From: Bugula neritina
Taxonomy: Eukaryota; Animalia; Bryozoa
NCBI GenBank assembly: GCA_964035545.1
Contig: OZ037771.1
Span: 10,048,480 to 10,112,479, forward strand
Length of the DNA: 64,000 nt
Direction: 5' to 3'
Below the pieces are notes generated by a model. That model was given only the letters and a program-made list of their open reading frames with translations, was not told the origin of the DNA and ran no database searches. Position numbers and translations under genes: made by a program. Position 1 is the stretch's first letter. Each line of letters opens with the position of its first letter. Of the stretch, positions 63,101 to 64,000 are shown one piece after another.

Positions 63101-64000
63101 TATACGGAAATGTACTGTAACATACTGATATTTACTGTAACACACTGAAATGAACTGCAACATACTGAAATACACTGTAACATGCCAAAATAAACTGCAA
63201 CATACTGCAACATACTGAAATACACTGTAACATACTCAAATACACTGCAACATTCTGCAACATATTGAAATATACTGCAACACACTGAAATATACTGCAA
63301 CACACTGAAATATACTGCAAAATACTGAAATATACTTCAACATACTGCAACATACTGAAAGACACTACAACTCACTGAAGTATAGTGCAATATACAGAAA
63401 TGTACTCTAACATACTGATATTTAATGTTACACACTGAAATATACTAAAACATACTGAAATACACTGTAACATACCGAAATAAGCTGCAACATACTGCAA
63501 CATACTGAAATACACTGTAACATGATGAAGTACACTGCAACACATTGAAATACACTGCAACAAACTGAAATATACTGCAACATACTGAAATGTACTGCAA
63601 CATGCTGAAACTAATTGCAACATATCGAAGTATATCGTAAAATACGGACATGTACTGTAACATACTGAAACACACTGAAACATACTGAAACATACTGAAA
63701 CATACTGAAACATACTGAGATACACTGCAACATACTGCAACATACTGAAATACACTGTAACATGATGAAATACACTGCAACACATTGGAATATACTGCAA
63801 CAAACTGGAATATACTGCAACATACTGAAATGTGCTGCAACATACTGAAATACATTACAATATATCGAAGTATATCGTAATATACGGACATGTACTGTAA
63901 CATACTGAAACACACTGAAACATACTGAAACATACTAAAATATACTGAAACATACTGAAATACACTGTAACACATTGAAAAATACTGCAACATACTGAAG
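42126..64000 (+). repeat. 5459-bp higher-order repeat domain (11 modules: 320+819+550+290+640+520+260+630+550+290+590 bp)
   Basis: Identical pseudo-ORFs and private variants recur at +5459 (43815/49274, 44105/49564, 52164/57623/63082, 55344/60803); the private variant CAATTAAAAG occurs near 45281, 50740, 53630 and 59089. Confidence 0.92.
43815..60512 (+). repeat. 8349-bp tandem duplication (~43815-52163 and ~52164-60512) within the HOR domain
   Basis: Module order repeats at +8349 (43815/52164, 46995/55344, 51609/59958); a T>C variant is shared by 52068 and 60417. Confidence 0.75.

Larger units (their letters stand above)
35044..64000 (+). repeat. 10-bp satellite DNA array, right part (runs off the window end)
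   Basis: Same monomer and orientation as the left part; resumes exactly where it was interrupted (AAAACATGAGCCATATACTG). Confidence 0.99.

Noticed and set aside
205-63993. Hundreds of minus-strand (and a few plus-strand) ORFs of MLQYISVCCS type
   Set aside because: Direct translations of the 10-bp satellite; the same peptide appears in all three frames; no domain-like content and no sign of codon-level constraint.
1-64000. CRISPR array interpretation of the repeated module header
   Set aside because: The intervening sequence is the same satellite rather than unique spacers, spacing is 260-1300 bp, and there are no cas genes.

Overview
Non-coding, probably eukaryotic (inferred) heterochromatin-type window. 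About 61.4 kb (1-32479 and 35044-64000) is one satellite array in a single orientation, built from a ~10-bp monomer (AACATACTG[A/C/T] and AAT[A/C]-type variants such as AAATATACTG and AAATACACTG). Monomers form modules of 260-870 bp, each opened by the marker AAAGACACT[A/T]CAACTCACTGAAGTATAGTG. Modules form higher-order repeats: mosaic on the left, a near-homogeneous 5459-bp HOR from ~42.1 kb onward. The only interruption is a 2564-bp non-autonomous DNA transposon (32480-35043) with CACAG...CTGTG termini, ~170-bp imperfect terminal inverted repeats and a 2-bp AA target-site duplication, read against an empty paralogous site at 41491-41495. The element encodes no transposase. It carries a degenerate tRNA-like Pol III cassette (A box, B box, oligo-T) and an internal ~23-nt stretch complementary to the satellite just beyond its own insertion site. 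A recurrent CENP-B-box-like CpG motif and phase-restoring indels are also visible in the array. None of the supplied ORFs is a credible gene.
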